Below, piece after piece: positions 9,663 through 19,727 of a stretch of 42,865 bases of DNA. Position 1 is the stretch's first letter, and each line of letters opens with the position of its first letter. Below the pieces are notes generated by a model. It was not told the origin of the DNA and did no database searches. It saw only the letters and a program-made list of their open reading frames with translations. Source of the DNA: Chloroflexota bacterium. GTDB taxonomy: Bacteria > Chloroflexota > Anaerolineae > JAYEMR01. The DNA lies in assembly GCA_034718215.1 (NCBI GenBank), contig JAYEMR010000111.1, positions 1-42,865 of the forward strand, given 5' to 3'. The position numbers and the translations under genes are program-made.

Positions 9663-10616
9663 TCAGCCCTCCAAGGTGAGCCAGCTCCTGTCTGCCGAAC
9701 AGGCAGGTAAGTCCCCCTCGGACATCCGCCCCTCCAAGAACCGTCGAGTCTGGGCCAGATTGGGGATCCCCGTTCGACCGCCCAGCTTCGTGCACTTGAG
9801 GGCTGCCACTGCCGAGGAGAAGAGCATCAATCGGCGGGGCGTCCACCCTCGCGCGACGCCGTAGGCGAAAGCGCCGTGGAAGACATCCCCTGCCCCGGTT
9901 GTGTCAACTGCTTCCACCTCAAAAGCTGGTATTTCCTCAATCTTCCCGTTGGCCAGGTAGATAGCTCCCTGCGGGCCCATGGTGATGGCAACCATCCGCG
10001 CTCCGAATCCACTAAGCGCCTTCAACGCCTCTGGCCCGGCCGAGCCAGCGATCTCCTCGGCAGCATGTCGGGGCACCACCAGGTAATCGATGAGCTCCAG
10101 GAGCTCCTCGTTGCCAGCGATATGGCCGATGTCACCGCAGGTGGGCACGCCCTTCTCGCGGGCTCGTGAGAGCCCCTTGAGCGCCCAAGGCTTCCAGAAC
10201 CCATCCACCAGCAGCGAGTCAGCCGAGTCAATGCGTGACCAGTCGCGCTCAACCTCCAGCCAGCTCGGCTGCCAGTCTGAGCCTGGTGACAGAAAGACTC
10301 GCTCTCCGGTGCGCCCATCCACCAGCACGAAGTTGAAGGGGCTGGCATGACCGGCAAGACGAACTATCTGGCTCAGATCAACGCCCTCTTGTAGCAGTTC
10401 CTCCTCGATGAGCCGGCCATGGTGATCCTCTCCGACCACGTTCCACAGCTCCGCGCGCCCGCCCAGCCGGGCTACGGCGACCATGGCTGTGGCTACTAAC
10501 CCACCGCCCTGCATCTTGAAGTCCTCCAGCCGACAGCCGCGGTGCACTGTGCGAAGATCGGGCACCCGCAGCAGGTAATCCAAACAAGCCAGACCAATAC
10601 CGATCACTTTGACCAT
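9663..10616 (-). CDS. PfkB family carbohydrate kinase
   Basis: GGGLVATAMVAVARLG and the DTTGAGDVFHG signature. Confidence 0.88.
   Translation of the reverse strand: MVKVIGIGLACLDYLLRVPDLRTVHRGCRLEDFKMQGGGLVATAMVAVARLGGRAELWNVVGEDHHGRLIEEELLQEGVDLSQIVRLAGHASPFNFVLVDGRTGERVFLSPGSDWQPSWLEVERDWSRIDSADSLLVDGFWKPWALKGLSRAREKGVPTCGDIGHIAGNEELLELIDYLVVPRHAAEEIAGSAGPEALKALSGFGARMVAITMGPQGAIYLANGKIEEIPAFEVEAVDTTGAGDVFHGAFAYGVARGWTPRRLMLFSSAVAALKCTKLGGRTGIPNLAQTRRFLEGRMSEGDLPACSADRSWLTLEG
9687..9707. repeat. 21-bp CCTG...CAGG palindromic element, in frame in the pfkB 3' end
   Basis: CCTGTCTG-CCGAA-CAGGCAGG. Its arms are identical to the termini of the 66-bp element; it encodes PACSADR. Confidence 0.75.
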
Positions 10617-10811
10617 GATACCAGTCCCCTGTTCTTCTTCACCCAAGGCTTGAGTCGGTTCTCTGCTAACTTCTGGCGCACGGCCTCACGTTACAACCCG
10701 CAGTTCGACCAGTTTGTCGCCCAAGAGTTGTAGCGTCCAGCATTTCCGGCCCGCTCACTACGTACCAGCGCCATCAGAACCGCTTCTCCCCTCTGGTCCA
10801 GTTTCCCTTGA

Positions 10812-10961
10812 TCAGCTCAGCCAGGGGCGCGACAGGGCGAAAAGCAGTGTCAGCGCCCCGCCCAGCGCGAGGGCCAGGTCCACCAACAGCAAGCTTCGGC
10901 GAATGTGGGCGTATTCCCTCGCCTCGCGTTGACGCTGAGGATCAAGCTGGGAACTGCTCAT
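10812..10961 (-). pseudogene. N-terminal fragment of an M48/Ste24-type membrane peptidase
   Basis: MSSSQLDPQRQREAREYAHIRRSLLLVDLALALGGALTLLFALSRPWLS*, starting 8 bp after the RHH gene stop. Resembles Ste24-like N-termini (from memory); no HExxH follows. Confidence 0.55.
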
Positions 10962-10968
10962 CTCGTCG

Positions 10969-11457
10969 TCAAGGGGCACGCGAGCGTTGGCTCTGCCCGC
11001 CGACGAAGAAAAAGGCGGCAGCGATTATGCTCAAAAGGATGCCGGGAACTATGTAATTGATCACCACCTCCAATGGCTGTCCATGACCTGTGATCTGGCC
11101 GGCAGCCCGTACGAACTCAAACAGGGCGAAGAGCGCGCTCAATCCCCCCAAGATAAAGGGGATCAAAGTCAGCCCCGAAAACCCCCTCGTGCTCTCAGCA
11201 GGGGAGACGGGTTCCGTCGCCTCCTCAACCGGTCGGGCGGACTCAACTGGTGACTCCGGAGACTCATCGGGCTGCAATCTCTCGATCACCCCTATTTTGG
11301 TCTCTTCATAAGGTTCTGGATGGCTCGCGCTCTGATCCTCTACATAGTCAGCTACTGCCCTCTGGATAACCTGAGAGGTGGTGATCCGCTGCTCCTTAGC
11401 CAACTGCTGAATCTCAAGGAGCAGATCTTCCTCTAGCAAAACTGTTGTGCGTTTCAT
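10969..11457 (-). CDS. Ribbon-helix-helix (CopG-like) protein with acidic linker and two C-terminal TM helices
   Basis: MKRTTVLLEEDLL...SQVIQRAVADYV, followed by two hydrophobic stretches. Confidence 0.7.
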   Translation of the reverse strand: MKRTTVLLEEDLLLEIQQLAKEQRITTSQVIQRAVADYVEDQSASHPEPYEETKIGVIERLQPDESPESPVESARPVEEATEPVSPAESTRGFSGLTLIPFILGGLSALFALFEFVRAAGQITGHGQPLEVVINYIVPGILLSIIAAAFFFVGGQSQRSRAP

Positions 11458-11458
11458 A

Positions 11459-12682
11459 CTACCCCCTTAGATCTTCTCTCTGCATTACCTTAGCGTGATT
11501 TCTACCCCAAAATACGGCACACACCGCCAAATACACCGCTCCAGCGAAGATCAATCCGGCAGCGCTGAGGATCATGGGTACGAAACCCAAGGTCTGAGCC
11601 AGCGTGCCCCCCGCTGTCGAGCCCAAGATCATGCCCAGCCCTCCCGCGGAGTTGAACAAACCCGACGCTCGCCCCCGCTTCGCCTTCGAGCGCACCTCAG
11701 TGGCGTAGGTCATAGCCGTAGCCGTGTAGGCAGAGTAGGCAAAACCTCGAGTGAGCTGAACCATCACTATCCAGGGCATCATCGGCCCAAGCACATACCC
11801 CAAAAAGACCGCCGTCCAGGCCAGGAAACCCAGGCTGAGCATCGGCAGCCGCCCGAGGCGGTCCGACATCCACCCCGCCACGATCATGAGCGGGAACTCT
11901 GAGGTGGAGGCGGTGGCCCACAGGCGGCTCATCACCGTCCGGCTGTAGCCCAGCTCCTCCACCATGTAGTTGGCCCACACGGCATAGACGGCGCTGGTGA
12001 CCAGAGACCACAGAAAAGCCGAGACCAACAGAGGCATCATCGGCAAGCGCCTGTTCAACCCCTCCTCCGTGGCTGGATCGGCCTGTGCCACCTCCGATTG
12101 GGCCGCGGGTTGGGCCTCAGCCTCGCGCCGGGAGGAGGCGGCCTCCTGGATGGTGAAGGAGAGGAAAAAGGCGAGAGCGGCCAGCCCCCCCGCCAGTCCA
12201 AAGGGCACACGCAGGCCCACATGGTCGGCGATGGAGCCGGAGACGAAGGCCATCAGTCCAAAGCCCAGCGAGGCCAAACCTCGGTAGGTGCCCATGCTCT
12301 TGCCGCGCCCACGCCGGCGCTCCAGAAGATCCCCCATCAGGGCCAAGCTGGTGGTGCCATAAGCCGACTGAGCGATGGCTCCCGTGATGCGCAGGGGGAA
12401 GAGGTAGAGGTAGTTGGGCACAAGGGCCGTTAACCCCAACGAGATGGCGATGCCAATCAAGCCGATCATCATGAAGCGCTTCCGCTGAGCCATCCGATCT
12501 GATATGTGCCCCCACAGGTAGCTGAAGGCGAGGCTGGTCATTGAGCCCACCGTGCCCAGCACCCCGATCACGGCATAGCTGGCCCCCAGTGACCTCACGT
12601 ACAGGGAGTTCACGGGGCCTGTGACACCACGCGACATGAAGAGCAGGAACACGATGATGGTCAATAGAATCACGCTGTTCAT
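11459..12682 (-). CDS. MFS transporter
   Basis: WGHISDRMAQRK and GWMSDRLGR motif A in both halves; about 12 TM segments. Confidence 0.9.
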   Translation of the reverse strand: MNSVILLTIIVFLLFMSRGVTGPVNSLYVRSLGASYAVIGVLGTVGSMTSLAFSYLWGHISDRMAQRKRFMMIGLIGIAISLGLTALVPNYLYLFPLRITGAIAQSAYGTTSLALMGDLLERRRGRGKSMGTYRGLASLGFGLMAFVSGSIADHVGLRVPFGLAGGLAALAFFLSFTIQEAASSRREAEAQPAAQSEVAQADPATEEGLNRRLPMMPLLVSAFLWSLVTSAVYAVWANYMVEELGYSRTVMSRLWATASTSEFPLMIVAGWMSDRLGRLPMLSLGFLAWTAVFLGYVLGPMMPWIVMVQLTRGFAYSAYTATAMTYATEVRSKAKRGRASGLFNSAGGLGMILGSTAGGTLAQTLGFVPMILSAAGLIFAGAVYLAVCAVFWGRNHAKVMQREDLRG

Positions 12683-12701
12683 CCCCCTGCCTCCCTTCTC
12701 C

Positions 12702-12722
12702 CACCTGTACCAGGTACTGGCA
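12702..12722. repeat. Partial copy of repeat B
   Basis: CACCTGTACCAGGTACTGGCA, identical at 16401-16421 and 42544-42564. Confidence 0.75.
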
Positions 12723-12738
12723 ATCCTGGGAGCATATC

Positions 12739-14415
12739 TCATACCAAGGCCTGAGCTTTGATGCGCTTGAGCATCCTCATAACATCGTTGGTTCCTCGGC
12801 CGAAGTAGTCGTGGAGCTTGAGGTACTCGGCGAAGAGCTGGTCGTAGGTGGCTTCGTGGGCCGGGATAGGGCGGTAGACTACCTCCTGCAGGCCAGCCAT
12901 GTGTTTCGCTGCCTCGAAGATGGTCTCGTAGCCGCCTGCTTCGGATCCGGCGGCTACGGCGGCGAACATGGCCGATCCGACGGAGCCGGCTTGCGCGGTG
13001 CGGGCAACTTTTATCTCCCGTCCCGCCACGTCGGCGTAGATCTGCATGAGCAGCTTATTCCGATCCGGCAGCCCACCGCAGGCCACGATCTCATCCACCG
13101 CCACGCCGGCCTCCTCAAGGGCCTCGATGATGACCCGCGTGCCGTAGGCCGTGGCCTCAATGAGCGCTCGATAGATATCCTCCGGCTTGGTGGCCAGCGT
13201 GGCCCCCACCAGCAGCCCCGTCAGGTCCGCATCCACCAGCACCGAGCGGTTGCCATTCCACCAATCTAAGGCCAGCAGCCCATGCTCCCCCGGCTGCTGC
13301 TGAGCGGCCTTCTCCTCCAACAGTTGGTGGAAGTTCATTTCCCGGGCCTCGGCCTCCCGCTGATACCTAGCGGGGACGCAGTTGTCCACGAACCAGGCGA
13401 AGTGGTCGCCCACGCAGGACTGCCCGGCCTCGAAGCCGAAGAATCCGGGGATGATGCCATCCTCCACCACGCCGCACATCCCCTCCACCCGCTGCTCCTC
13501 CTCGCCCAGGACCATGTGGCAGTTGGAGGTGCCCATGATGATCACCATCCGTCCCGGCTCGGTGACCGTGGCGGCGGGGACTGAGACGTGGGCGTCCACA
13601 TTGCCCACCGGCACCGCCGTGCCGGCCCGGAGCCCAGTGAGGGCCGCCATATCCTCGGTAAGGCCCCCTGCCCGCTGGCCCAGAGGGTAGACATCGCGGG
13701 ACAGCTTCTCGTCCACCACGTCTCGTAGCCGAGGGTCGAGGGCGGCAAAAAACTCATCGTCTGGGTAGCCCTCCCGCTTGCTCCAGATGGCTTTGTAGCC
13801 CGCGGTGCAGGAGTTGCGTCGCTCATGGCCCGTTAGCTGCAGCACGATCCAATCGGCCCCTTCGATGAAGCGGTCGGTGGCCTGGTAGACCTCAGGGGCC
13901 TGGTTCAGTGTCTCCCAGATCTTGGGGAAGAGCCACTCGGAGGAGATCTTCCCCCCATAGCGACTTAGCCACGTCTCGCCTCGCTGTCGGGCGATCTCGT
14001 TGAGTCGATTGGCCTCCGGCTGGGCGGCGTGGTGCTTCCATATCTTGACCCAGGCGTGAGGGCTCTCCCGCCACTTCTCCTTCGTGCAAAGCGGGGTGCC
14101 CTCTTGGTCAATGGGCATCATAGTACAGGCGGTGAAGTCAGTGCCCACGCCGATCACATCAGCTGGATCCACCCCACTCTCCCTCAGCACGGCGGGGATG
14201 GTAGTGCCCAGCACCTCTATGTAGTCAGCCGGATTCTGCAGGGCGAAATCAGGAGGCAGTTGGATGTCGGTGCCTGGCAGCGCTGCATCTATCACCCCAT
14301 CTGGGTAGGGATGCACCGAGGTAGCGATCTCCGCCCCATCGTCCACGCGCACCAGCACCGCGCGCCCCGACTCCGTGCCAAAATCAACGCCGATAGTGTA
14401 TTTTGTCTCACTCAT
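12739..14415 (-). CDS. araB: Ribulokinase
   Basis: [47 protein letters not shown]. Confidence 0.92.
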   Translation of the reverse strand: MSETKYTIGVDFGTESGRAVLVRVDDGAEIATSVHPYPDGVIDAALPGTDIQLPPDFALQNPADYIEVLGTTIPAVLRESGVDPADVIGVGTDFTACTMMPIDQEGTPLCTKEKWRESPHAWVKIWKHHAAQPEANRLNEIARQRGETWLSRYGGKISSEWLFPKIWETLNQAPEVYQATDRFIEGADWIVLQLTGHERRNSCTAGYKAIWSKREGYPDDEFFAALDPRLRDVVDEKLSRDVYPLGQRAGGLTEDMAALTGLRAGTAVPVGNVDAHVSVPAATVTEPGRMVIIMGTSNCHMVLGEEEQRVEGMCGVVEDGIIPGFFGFEAGQSCVGDHFAWFVDNCVPARYQREAEAREMNFHQLLEEKAAQQQPGEHGLLALDWWNGNRSVLVDADLTGLLVGATLATKPEDIYRALIEATAYGTRVIIEALEEAGVAVDEIVACGGLPDRNKLLMQIYADVAGREIKVARTAQAGSVGSAMFAAVAAGSEAGGYETIFEAAKHMAGLQEVVYRPIPAHEATYDQLFAEYLKLHDYFGRGTNDVMRMLKRIKAQALV

Positions 14416-16370
14416 GAGTGTCCCTCCCTTGGGAGCGACTCAAGTATCGGTTCCATTGTCGCCCCCCAGCGCTCAATGACCTCGACTTTCCCATTGAGCG
14501 CGCGGATGCAATCCGGCAGATCGCAGACCTGCAGGATGCCTCGGATGAAATTGGCGGCCGGCCATGCGACCAGCGGCGTCTGCGTCCATTCCAAGAAGGA
14601 GTTCGGCACGCCCTGGAGCGTGACCGACGCCACCTGATCGTGGAACAGTGCCGCAAGCAGGGCCAAGATCGCTCCCTGACCGCGCCCGTACAGATGGATC
14701 TGTTCAGCCCCCTCGTGGGCCAGCAGATCAATCACCGAGAGCACGTCATGCACCCGGCGGCCCAGGTAGCTCCGCCCCAGCATCAGCCCGTAGGCGTGGA
14801 ACATATAGTCCATGCCATAAGGCTGGAAAAAGCCATCTCGCTCCTCCTCCGGCAGCGACTCGCCCAGGCCGCGCACATCCAGCGCGTACAATGGCAGATC
14901 TTCCTTGAGCGACCCCGCCCATTCGTCCTCGGCCAGATCTGCCTCAGCGGAGACGTGCGGCAGGTACAATCGTATCTCCGAGTCCACATCAAGGGTGAAG
15001 GGATGCACAGGGGCGGCGAGCACCTTACGCAGGATAGCGCGGATAGGCCCCTCGGTCTCCACCGCAAAGCGGGCGATCACCTCCTCCCCACGAACCGGGC
15101 GCAGCACGCGATAGTGAGGGATGAGACGCTGGTCGGACAGCGACAGCAGCTGCCGCAGCCTCCCCCTCAGCGCCTCTCCATCGAGCGGCTCGCGCTGGGA
15201 TTCCAGCTCGCGGGCTTGGGAAGCGATCATCTCATAGATCGGCATCGCCCCTGCATCCACGACCTGTCCGTTGGGCGTGGCGAAAAGCTCCTCCTCAGGC
15301 AGCTCCTCCACCTCATCCACCTGGACCACAGGGACCTCCGCGTGCTTGCAGAAGAACTCGACCATCGCCTGCTGGTTGTGGATCGAGTAGCCGTGGCCCT
15401 GAGGGCCGATGAAGAGATCGGCTGCGTCAGAGGCGTTCAGCAACTCGTAGAAGGCCCGCACGTCCTCGTACGCCTCCCGCAGGCCGCGCCGGTCGAAGTA
15501 GTCGTAGGTCTGGCCCAGCAGCAGGACCGGCTTGGGAGCGCTGGCGATCAGGAAATCGGCCATCTCCAGCCCGGCGCCGATCACGCCCGGAGGGCACTGC
15601 TCGGCGTCGGCGGGGAGCTCGTTCTCCAGATTGTGCAGGAAGGTGGTGACGAAGCAGCTTGGCGCCGCCATCGTGAAGCGGTCCTCCACGGCCCACAGCC
15701 AGGTCGTCATCGTGCCGCCGCCCGAGTTGCCCGTCAGGCCGACGCGCGTTGGATCCACCTCCGGGCGGCCCAGCAGGTAGTCGAGGGCCCGAATGCCATC
15801 CCATGCTCGCCAGAAGCCGAAGAACTCGCCCAACAGCTCAAGCTGCTTGCCCATCATGTTGTGAGCGCGGGTGCCCCAGCCCACCTGCTCACGGACGCCT
15901 GAGTTGCGGTATTGATCGCGCTCACCCTGGCTAAAGGGGTCGTAGATGAGCACGACGAACCCGGCGTGGGCCAACCGTTGGCAGAAGCCCTGATACAGAT
16001 CGCACGCCTTGCCCGGCTCGCTGTGTCCACAGGTGCCGAGCACGCAGGGCGCTGGCTCCTGAAGGTTCCGGGGAAGGTACAGATTAGCCGTCACCAGGCA
16101 ACCGGGACGGCTCTCGAAGGTGATCTTTTCGATGCGAAACGCGGAACGCCCGATCACGCCGGTCACGCGGGCGTTGAGCGGGGTCTTGGATGGCCGCGGC
16201 AAGAAGGCACGGTTGATCGCATCGCTCACCCGCTGCCGATAGGCCGACGCCTGCTCAGGCGTCTCGATGGCCTCCAACCTCGCCCTGCGTTGGCGTCGTA
16301 TCCGTCGGACCCTGTCCACGTAATCGTCCAACACCATGTGTTGATAGCCATTTCGAGTCATGTCCATCAC
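14412..16370 (-). CDS. Two-domain alpha/beta hydrolase (acetylxylan esterase-like)
   Basis: FESRPG, GNSGGG nucleophile elbow, DAEQ, HGYS; degenerate second hydrolase domain. Confidence 0.8.
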   Translation of the reverse strand: MMDMTRNGYQHMVLDDYVDRVRRIRRQRRARLEAIETPEQASAYRQRVSDAINRAFLPRPSKTPLNARVTGVIGRSAFRIEKITFESRPGCLVTANLYLPRNLQEPAPCVLGTCGHSEPGKACDLYQGFCQRLAHAGFVVLIYDPFSQGERDQYRNSGVREQVGWGTRAHNMMGKQLELLGEFFGFWRAWDGIRALDYLLGRPEVDPTRVGLTGNSGGGTMTTWLWAVEDRFTMAAPSCFVTTFLHNLENELPADAEQCPPGVIGAGLEMADFLIASAPKPVLLLGQTYDYFDRRGLREAYEDVRAFYELLNASDAADLFIGPQGHGYSIHNQQAMVEFFCKHAEVPVVQVDEVEELPEEELFATPNGQVVDAGAMPIYEMIASQARELESQREPLDGEALRGRLRQLLSLSDQRLIPHYRVLRPVRGEEVIARFAVETEGPIRAILRKVLAAPVHPFTLDVDSEIRLYLPHVSAEADLAEDEWAGSLKEDLPLYALDVRGLGESLPEEERDGFFQPYGMDYMFHAYGLMLGRSYLGRRVHDVLSVIDLLAHEGAEQIHLYGRGQGAILALLAALFHDQVASVTLQGVPNSFLEWTQTPLVAWPAANFIRGILQVCDLPDCIRALNGKVEVIERWGATMEPILESLPREGHS

Positions 16371-16378
16371 CCCTTATC

Positions 16379-16503
16379 CAGCTGGTAATTACCCCCATCT
16401 CACCTGTACCAGGTACTGGCAGATTTGAGGGCTGAGGCGTCCTCGCCGAAGCCCTTCCATGGCCAGCATACCCCTCGGCGGGGACGCCTTGGTCCTCTCG
16501 TTG
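16379..16503. repeat. Repeat B, about 125-bp REPIN-like hairpin element (empty copy)
   Basis: Near-identical to 42522-42732 apart from an 87-bp insertion there; long stem at 16427-16449 / 16475-16497. Confidence 0.85.
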
Positions 16504-16515
16504 CTCACCGGCCAT

Positions 16516-17205
16516 TCACCGCGGATGGCCCACCGGGACCAGGTACAGCGGCTCCTGGTCGGCGGGCAGCCCCAGGGCAGCTTGAACTTGGTCGTCGTAG
16601 AAGGCCCCCACCGGCACACCGCCCAGATTCAAGGCCACGGCCTGCAGGAGCAGGTTCTCACAGGCATGGCCCGCCTCCAGCTTGACGTACCGCTCGGCGC
16701 GGGAGCCGTACTTGCGCTCTGTGCGCTCGTAGAGGGCGGCGATGACGAAGACCGCCGGCGCCTCGCGCACCCAATCCTGCTCAAGGGCAGCCCTCCACAG
16801 CGCCTGCCGCACGTCCGATGAGGACATTTTCTCAACACGGTGTCCCTGGAGCAGGTAGTGGTACACTCCCTCTGCGGTGGCCACGTACAACTCCAGCGGG
16901 TACAGCGCCCCCGCCGAGGGCGCCGTCCGCCCGCCCCAGTCAGCGGTGATTCCCTGGGCCGCCCACAGGAGCTGGCCGATCTCCTCCCAGCCCAGGGGCT
17001 CCTCGGTGTACTCCCTCACCGAGCGACGGCGGCTCAACGCCTCCTCCAGTGAGATGTCGCTTTTCAGGCGCGGCGCGGGAAGTCGCATCTTCTCCCCCAA
17101 TGGCTCCACTTGAGGGCTGAGGGACACTCGGCAGCAGCCAGCTGCCAGAGCCACAATCCCTGAGATGCACAGGAGATCCCGGCGGGATAGCCTCCGTTTC
17201 CTCAT
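16516..17205 (-). CDS. SagB/ThcOx-family nitroreductase-fold flavoprotein with Tat/lipoprotein-like signal
   Basis: RRRSVR, RTAPSAGALYPLELY, EAGH, VGAFYD; N-terminus SRRDLL...LAAGC. Confidence 0.85.
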   Translation of the reverse strand: MRKRRLSRRDLLCISGIVALAAGCCRVSLSPQVEPLGEKMRLPAPRLKSDISLEEALSRRRSVREYTEEPLGWEEIGQLLWAAQGITADWGGRTAPSAGALYPLELYVATAEGVYHYLLQGHRVEKMSSSDVRQALWRAALEQDWVREAPAVFVIAALYERTERKYGSRAERYVKLEAGHACENLLLQAVALNLGGVPVGAFYDDQVQAALGLPADQEPLYLVPVGHPR

Positions 17206-17228
17206 CCTCAGCTAACAGCTCCAGCCTG

Positions 17229-17999
17229 TCACCACGCCACGAGGGACTTGAGGTAGCCGGCAAAGCGGGGGACGGCCAGCAGAGGCTCCTCCTCCGCCTC
17301 GTACTCGATGGACAGGTACCCCTTGTAGCCCTTTTCCCGAAGGATACGGAGGATGCGTGGGTAATCGAGCAGGAAGCGCTGGCCCGAGGGATCGCGCCCC
17401 TGGGTCTTGGCGTGGCTGGTCACAGCGTAGGGAAGGGTCTCGGCGATCTCGCGGTATGGGTCCGCGCGGTAGTTGCCCAGGTCGAGGTTCACCTGCAGCC
17501 AGTCGCTTCCCACCTCCTCTACAATATGCTTGACCCGCTCAGAGGTGGAGGTGATCCCCCCATGGTTCTCCAGGGCCAGGACTACCCCCTTCTCCTCGGC
17601 GTATTCCGCCGCCTCCTTCAGTCCCTCGATGCACCAGGAGGAGGCCTCCTCCTCGGTGTGCCCCTCAGGCACTCGCCCGCCGAAGACGCGCAGGCAGGGC
17701 GCGCCCAGAGTTACCGAGATATCGACCCATTCCCTGGCCAGCGCAACCTGCTCCGCGCGCTCCTGATCAGGCAGGGCGAAGGAGCCGCCGATGGCTGTGC
17801 CGGAGATGTCCAGCCCATAGGATAGGGCCAGCCGCTTGAGCTGTTTGAGGTACCCCACCTCGGTGGTGGGGAAGTAGTAGGAGGTGAGCTCCACCCCATC
17901 CAGTCCCATCTCGTACCCTTTGCGGATGAAATCCTCCAGGGACATCTCCCCATCTTGTAGATATTGTCGAAACGAATAGGCCGCACAACTGATCTTCAT
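17229..17999 (-). CDS. Sugar phosphate isomerase/epimerase (TIM barrel)
   Basis: AAYSFR, VELTSYYF, LENHGG, DLGN, SIEYE. Start overlaps the NTPase stop. Confidence 0.85.
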   Translation of the reverse strand: MKISCAAYSFRQYLQDGEMSLEDFIRKGYEMGLDGVELTSYYFPTTEVGYLKQLKRLALSYGLDISGTAIGGSFALPDQERAEQVALAREWVDISVTLGAPCLRVFGGRVPEGHTEEEASSWCIEGLKEAAEYAEEKGVVLALENHGGITSTSERVKHIVEEVGSDWLQVNLDLGNYRADPYREIAETLPYAVTSHAKTQGRDPSGQRFLLDYPRILRILREKGYKGYLSIEYEAEEEPLLAVPRFAGYLKSLVAW

Positions 18000-18526
18000 G
18001 TCTTCTCTCCTCTCAACTCTATCAGCATCTGCGCCAACCGAGTGGGCAGTTCCATCCGATTGGCCCGCGTCACCTCGATGAGCCGGACATCCTCTCGCTG
18101 GCGGATCGATTTCATGAAGGGAGGGCCACCCCGGCCGATGGTGCCCAGCACCGGAGCCGGGCCCTCCAGCGCCCGCTGCACCGCCTCTCGAAAGGCACGG
18201 GAGAAGCACTCCATCTTGCCGATCTCGTCCACGACGATCAGGTCGGCCTGGGGCGCAGCCAGGGTGGGCAGGGCCACCCGCTCGAAGCTCTCCACATCCA
18301 CCCCATAGCGGCTGACTCGATAGGGGCTGGTGAAGCCCACCTCGGCCAGCCTGCCCCTCTGCCCATCGAGTGTCACCACTTGGAAACCCACCCGTCGTCT
18401 GCCCTCTCTCATCTCCTGGCTGTAGAATCCGTGGACTTTCCAGCCCTCCAGTTGCTCCACCACCCGGCGGATGACCGTCGTTTTGCCCACGCCAGGCCGC
18501 CCCGTCAGCAGAATGTTCTCTCTCAT
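17996..18526 (-). CDS. THEP1-type nucleoside triphosphatase (COG1618-like)
   Basis: TGRPGVGKTT Walker A, GF...E.R...RVGF, VDEIGKME. Confidence 0.88.
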   Translation of the reverse strand: MRENILLTGRPGVGKTTVIRRVVEQLEGWKVHGFYSQEMREGRRRVGFQVVTLDGQRGRLAEVGFTSPYRVSRYGVDVESFERVALPTLAAPQADLIVVDEIGKMECFSRAFREAVQRALEGPAPVLGTIGRGGPPFMKSIRQREDVRLIEVTRANRMELPTRLAQMLIELRGEKT

Positions 18527-19563
18527 CAGCTCACCAACCTCGCCCCCGGCAGCACATCTAGGTCCCAACCTGAGCGCTCACCGGCCCGGAAGCGAACCGT
18601 GCCGGCGGCAGCGATCATAGCCGCGTTGTCGGTACAGAGGATGGGAGGGGGGTAAAGCACCGGCGTCCCCGCGCGCTCGCGCACTACCTGCCGCAGCATC
18701 TGATTGGCCGAGACCCCACCCGCCAGCAGGACCTGTCGGGCTCCGAATTCCCGCGCCGCAGCGACTGACTTCTCAGCCAGGACATCCACCACCGCCAACT
18801 GGAAACTGGCAGCGAGATCGGCCACCGGCAGTTCCTCGCCCTCCCGCTCCAGCTTCCGCACCAGCCGCAGTACAGCCGTCTTCAATCCACTGAAGGAGAA
18901 ATCCCAGGACTCCTGGAGCCAGGCTCGAGGCAGGTCGAAGGCCATCGAATCTCCTCTTCGCGCCTCGCGCTCGATAGCCGGCCCGCCGGGATACTCCAGC
19001 CCCAGCAGCCGCCCCACCTTGTCGAAGGCCTCACCTGCCGCGTCGTCCAGCGTGCCGCCCAGCCGATGGTAGTCGTGGTGGCCATTCACCAGCACCAGCT
19101 CGGTGTGCCCGCCGGAGACGATCAGGCACACGAAGGGAAAGCGAACGTCGGGCGGCTCCCCATCCACAGCCAGCCAGTTGGAGTAAATGTGTCCCTCCAG
19201 ATGGTTCACGCCCAAAAGAGGCAATCCCAGACCCAAAGCCAGCCCCTTGGCGGTGTTCATCCCCACCAGCAGCGATCCTGCCAGCCCCGGCCCATGGGTC
19301 ACGGCGATGCCATCCAGATCCTCCCAGCCGACCTCCGCCTCAGTCATCGCCCTCTGGATCACGGGTAGGATGGCGCGGATGTGTTCCCGGGAGGCCATCT
19401 CGGGGAACACACCGCCGTATTTGCGGTGGATCTCAATCTGGGAAGCGATCACGTTGGAGCGGATGAAACATCCCTCCTCCACCACCGCCGCTGCGGTTTC
19501 ATCGCACGAGGTCTCAATGCCTAGGATGAGAATGGAACACTCCTCACATGAACGATCTTTCAC
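18526..19563 (-). CDS. tsaD: tRNA N6-threonylcarbamoyltransferase TsaD
   Basis: LGIETSCDET, GPGL, HLEGH, SGGHT, DDAAGEAFDK, FSFSGLKT, CTDNAAMI. Start approximate. Confidence 0.95.
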   Translation of the reverse strand: MKDRSCEECSILILGIETSCDETAAAVVEEGCFIRSNVIASQIEIHRKYGGVFPEMASREHIRAILPVIQRAMTEAEVGWEDLDGIAVTHGPGLAGSLLVGMNTAKGLALGLGLPLLGVNHLEGHIYSNWLAVDGEPPDVRFPFVCLIVSGGHTELVLVNGHHDYHRLGGTLDDAAGEAFDKVGRLLGLEYPGGPAIEREARRGDSMAFDLPRAWLQESWDFSFSGLKTAVLRLVRKLEREGEELPVADLAASFQLAVVDVLAEKSVAAAREFGARQVLLAGGVSANQMLRQVVRERAGTPVLYPPPILCTDNAAMIAAAGTVRFRAGERSGWDLDVLPGARLVS

Positions 19564-19585
19564 CAGCCACCCTCGCTCGCCTGCT

Positions 19586-19614
19586 ATTATATCAACACCC
19601 TTTTCATCTTCCAA
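19586..19614 (-). promoter_or_regulatory. Proximal tsaD promoter
   Basis: TTGGAA-17-TATAAT with an extended TG. Confidence 0.55.
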
Positions 19615-19701
19615 AAGAGTCTGTTTGACGCTTTGCAAACCCTACAGAACAGTAGGCAGACGATTTGAGAGTGGTCTTTCTCGGTGCTTCGGGGGCAGCA
19701 A

Positions 19702-19722
19702 GCCCAGTTTATCGGGTGCTGC
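19702..19722 (-). repeat. Small REP-like hairpin (GCAGCRCCCGA...GGG family)
   Basis: GCAGCACCCGATAAACTGGGC; related copies at 24051-24070 and 34965-35009. Confidence 0.55.
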
Positions 19723-19727
19723 TCCCT

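Noticed and set aside
9663-10616. Sulfofructose kinase (yihV) / sulfo-EMP assignment
   Set aside because: Overall resemblance only; the Arg I recall for sulfonate binding is absent and no SLA reductase or dehydrogenase is evident.
11459-14415. Complete arabinose operon
   Set aside because: araB is clear, but there is no araD, and the FucI/AraA-like isomerase lies in a separate unit with unknown substrate.
14418-15902. 494-aa plus-strand ORF and other long antisense ORFs (7423-8508, 30784-31692, 22350-23081)
   Set aside because: Shadow frames of well-supported genes in GC-rich DNA; no recognisable motifs.
16516-17205. RiPP (azole) biosynthetic cluster
   Set aside because: No YcaO, E1-like protein or precursor peptide nearby.
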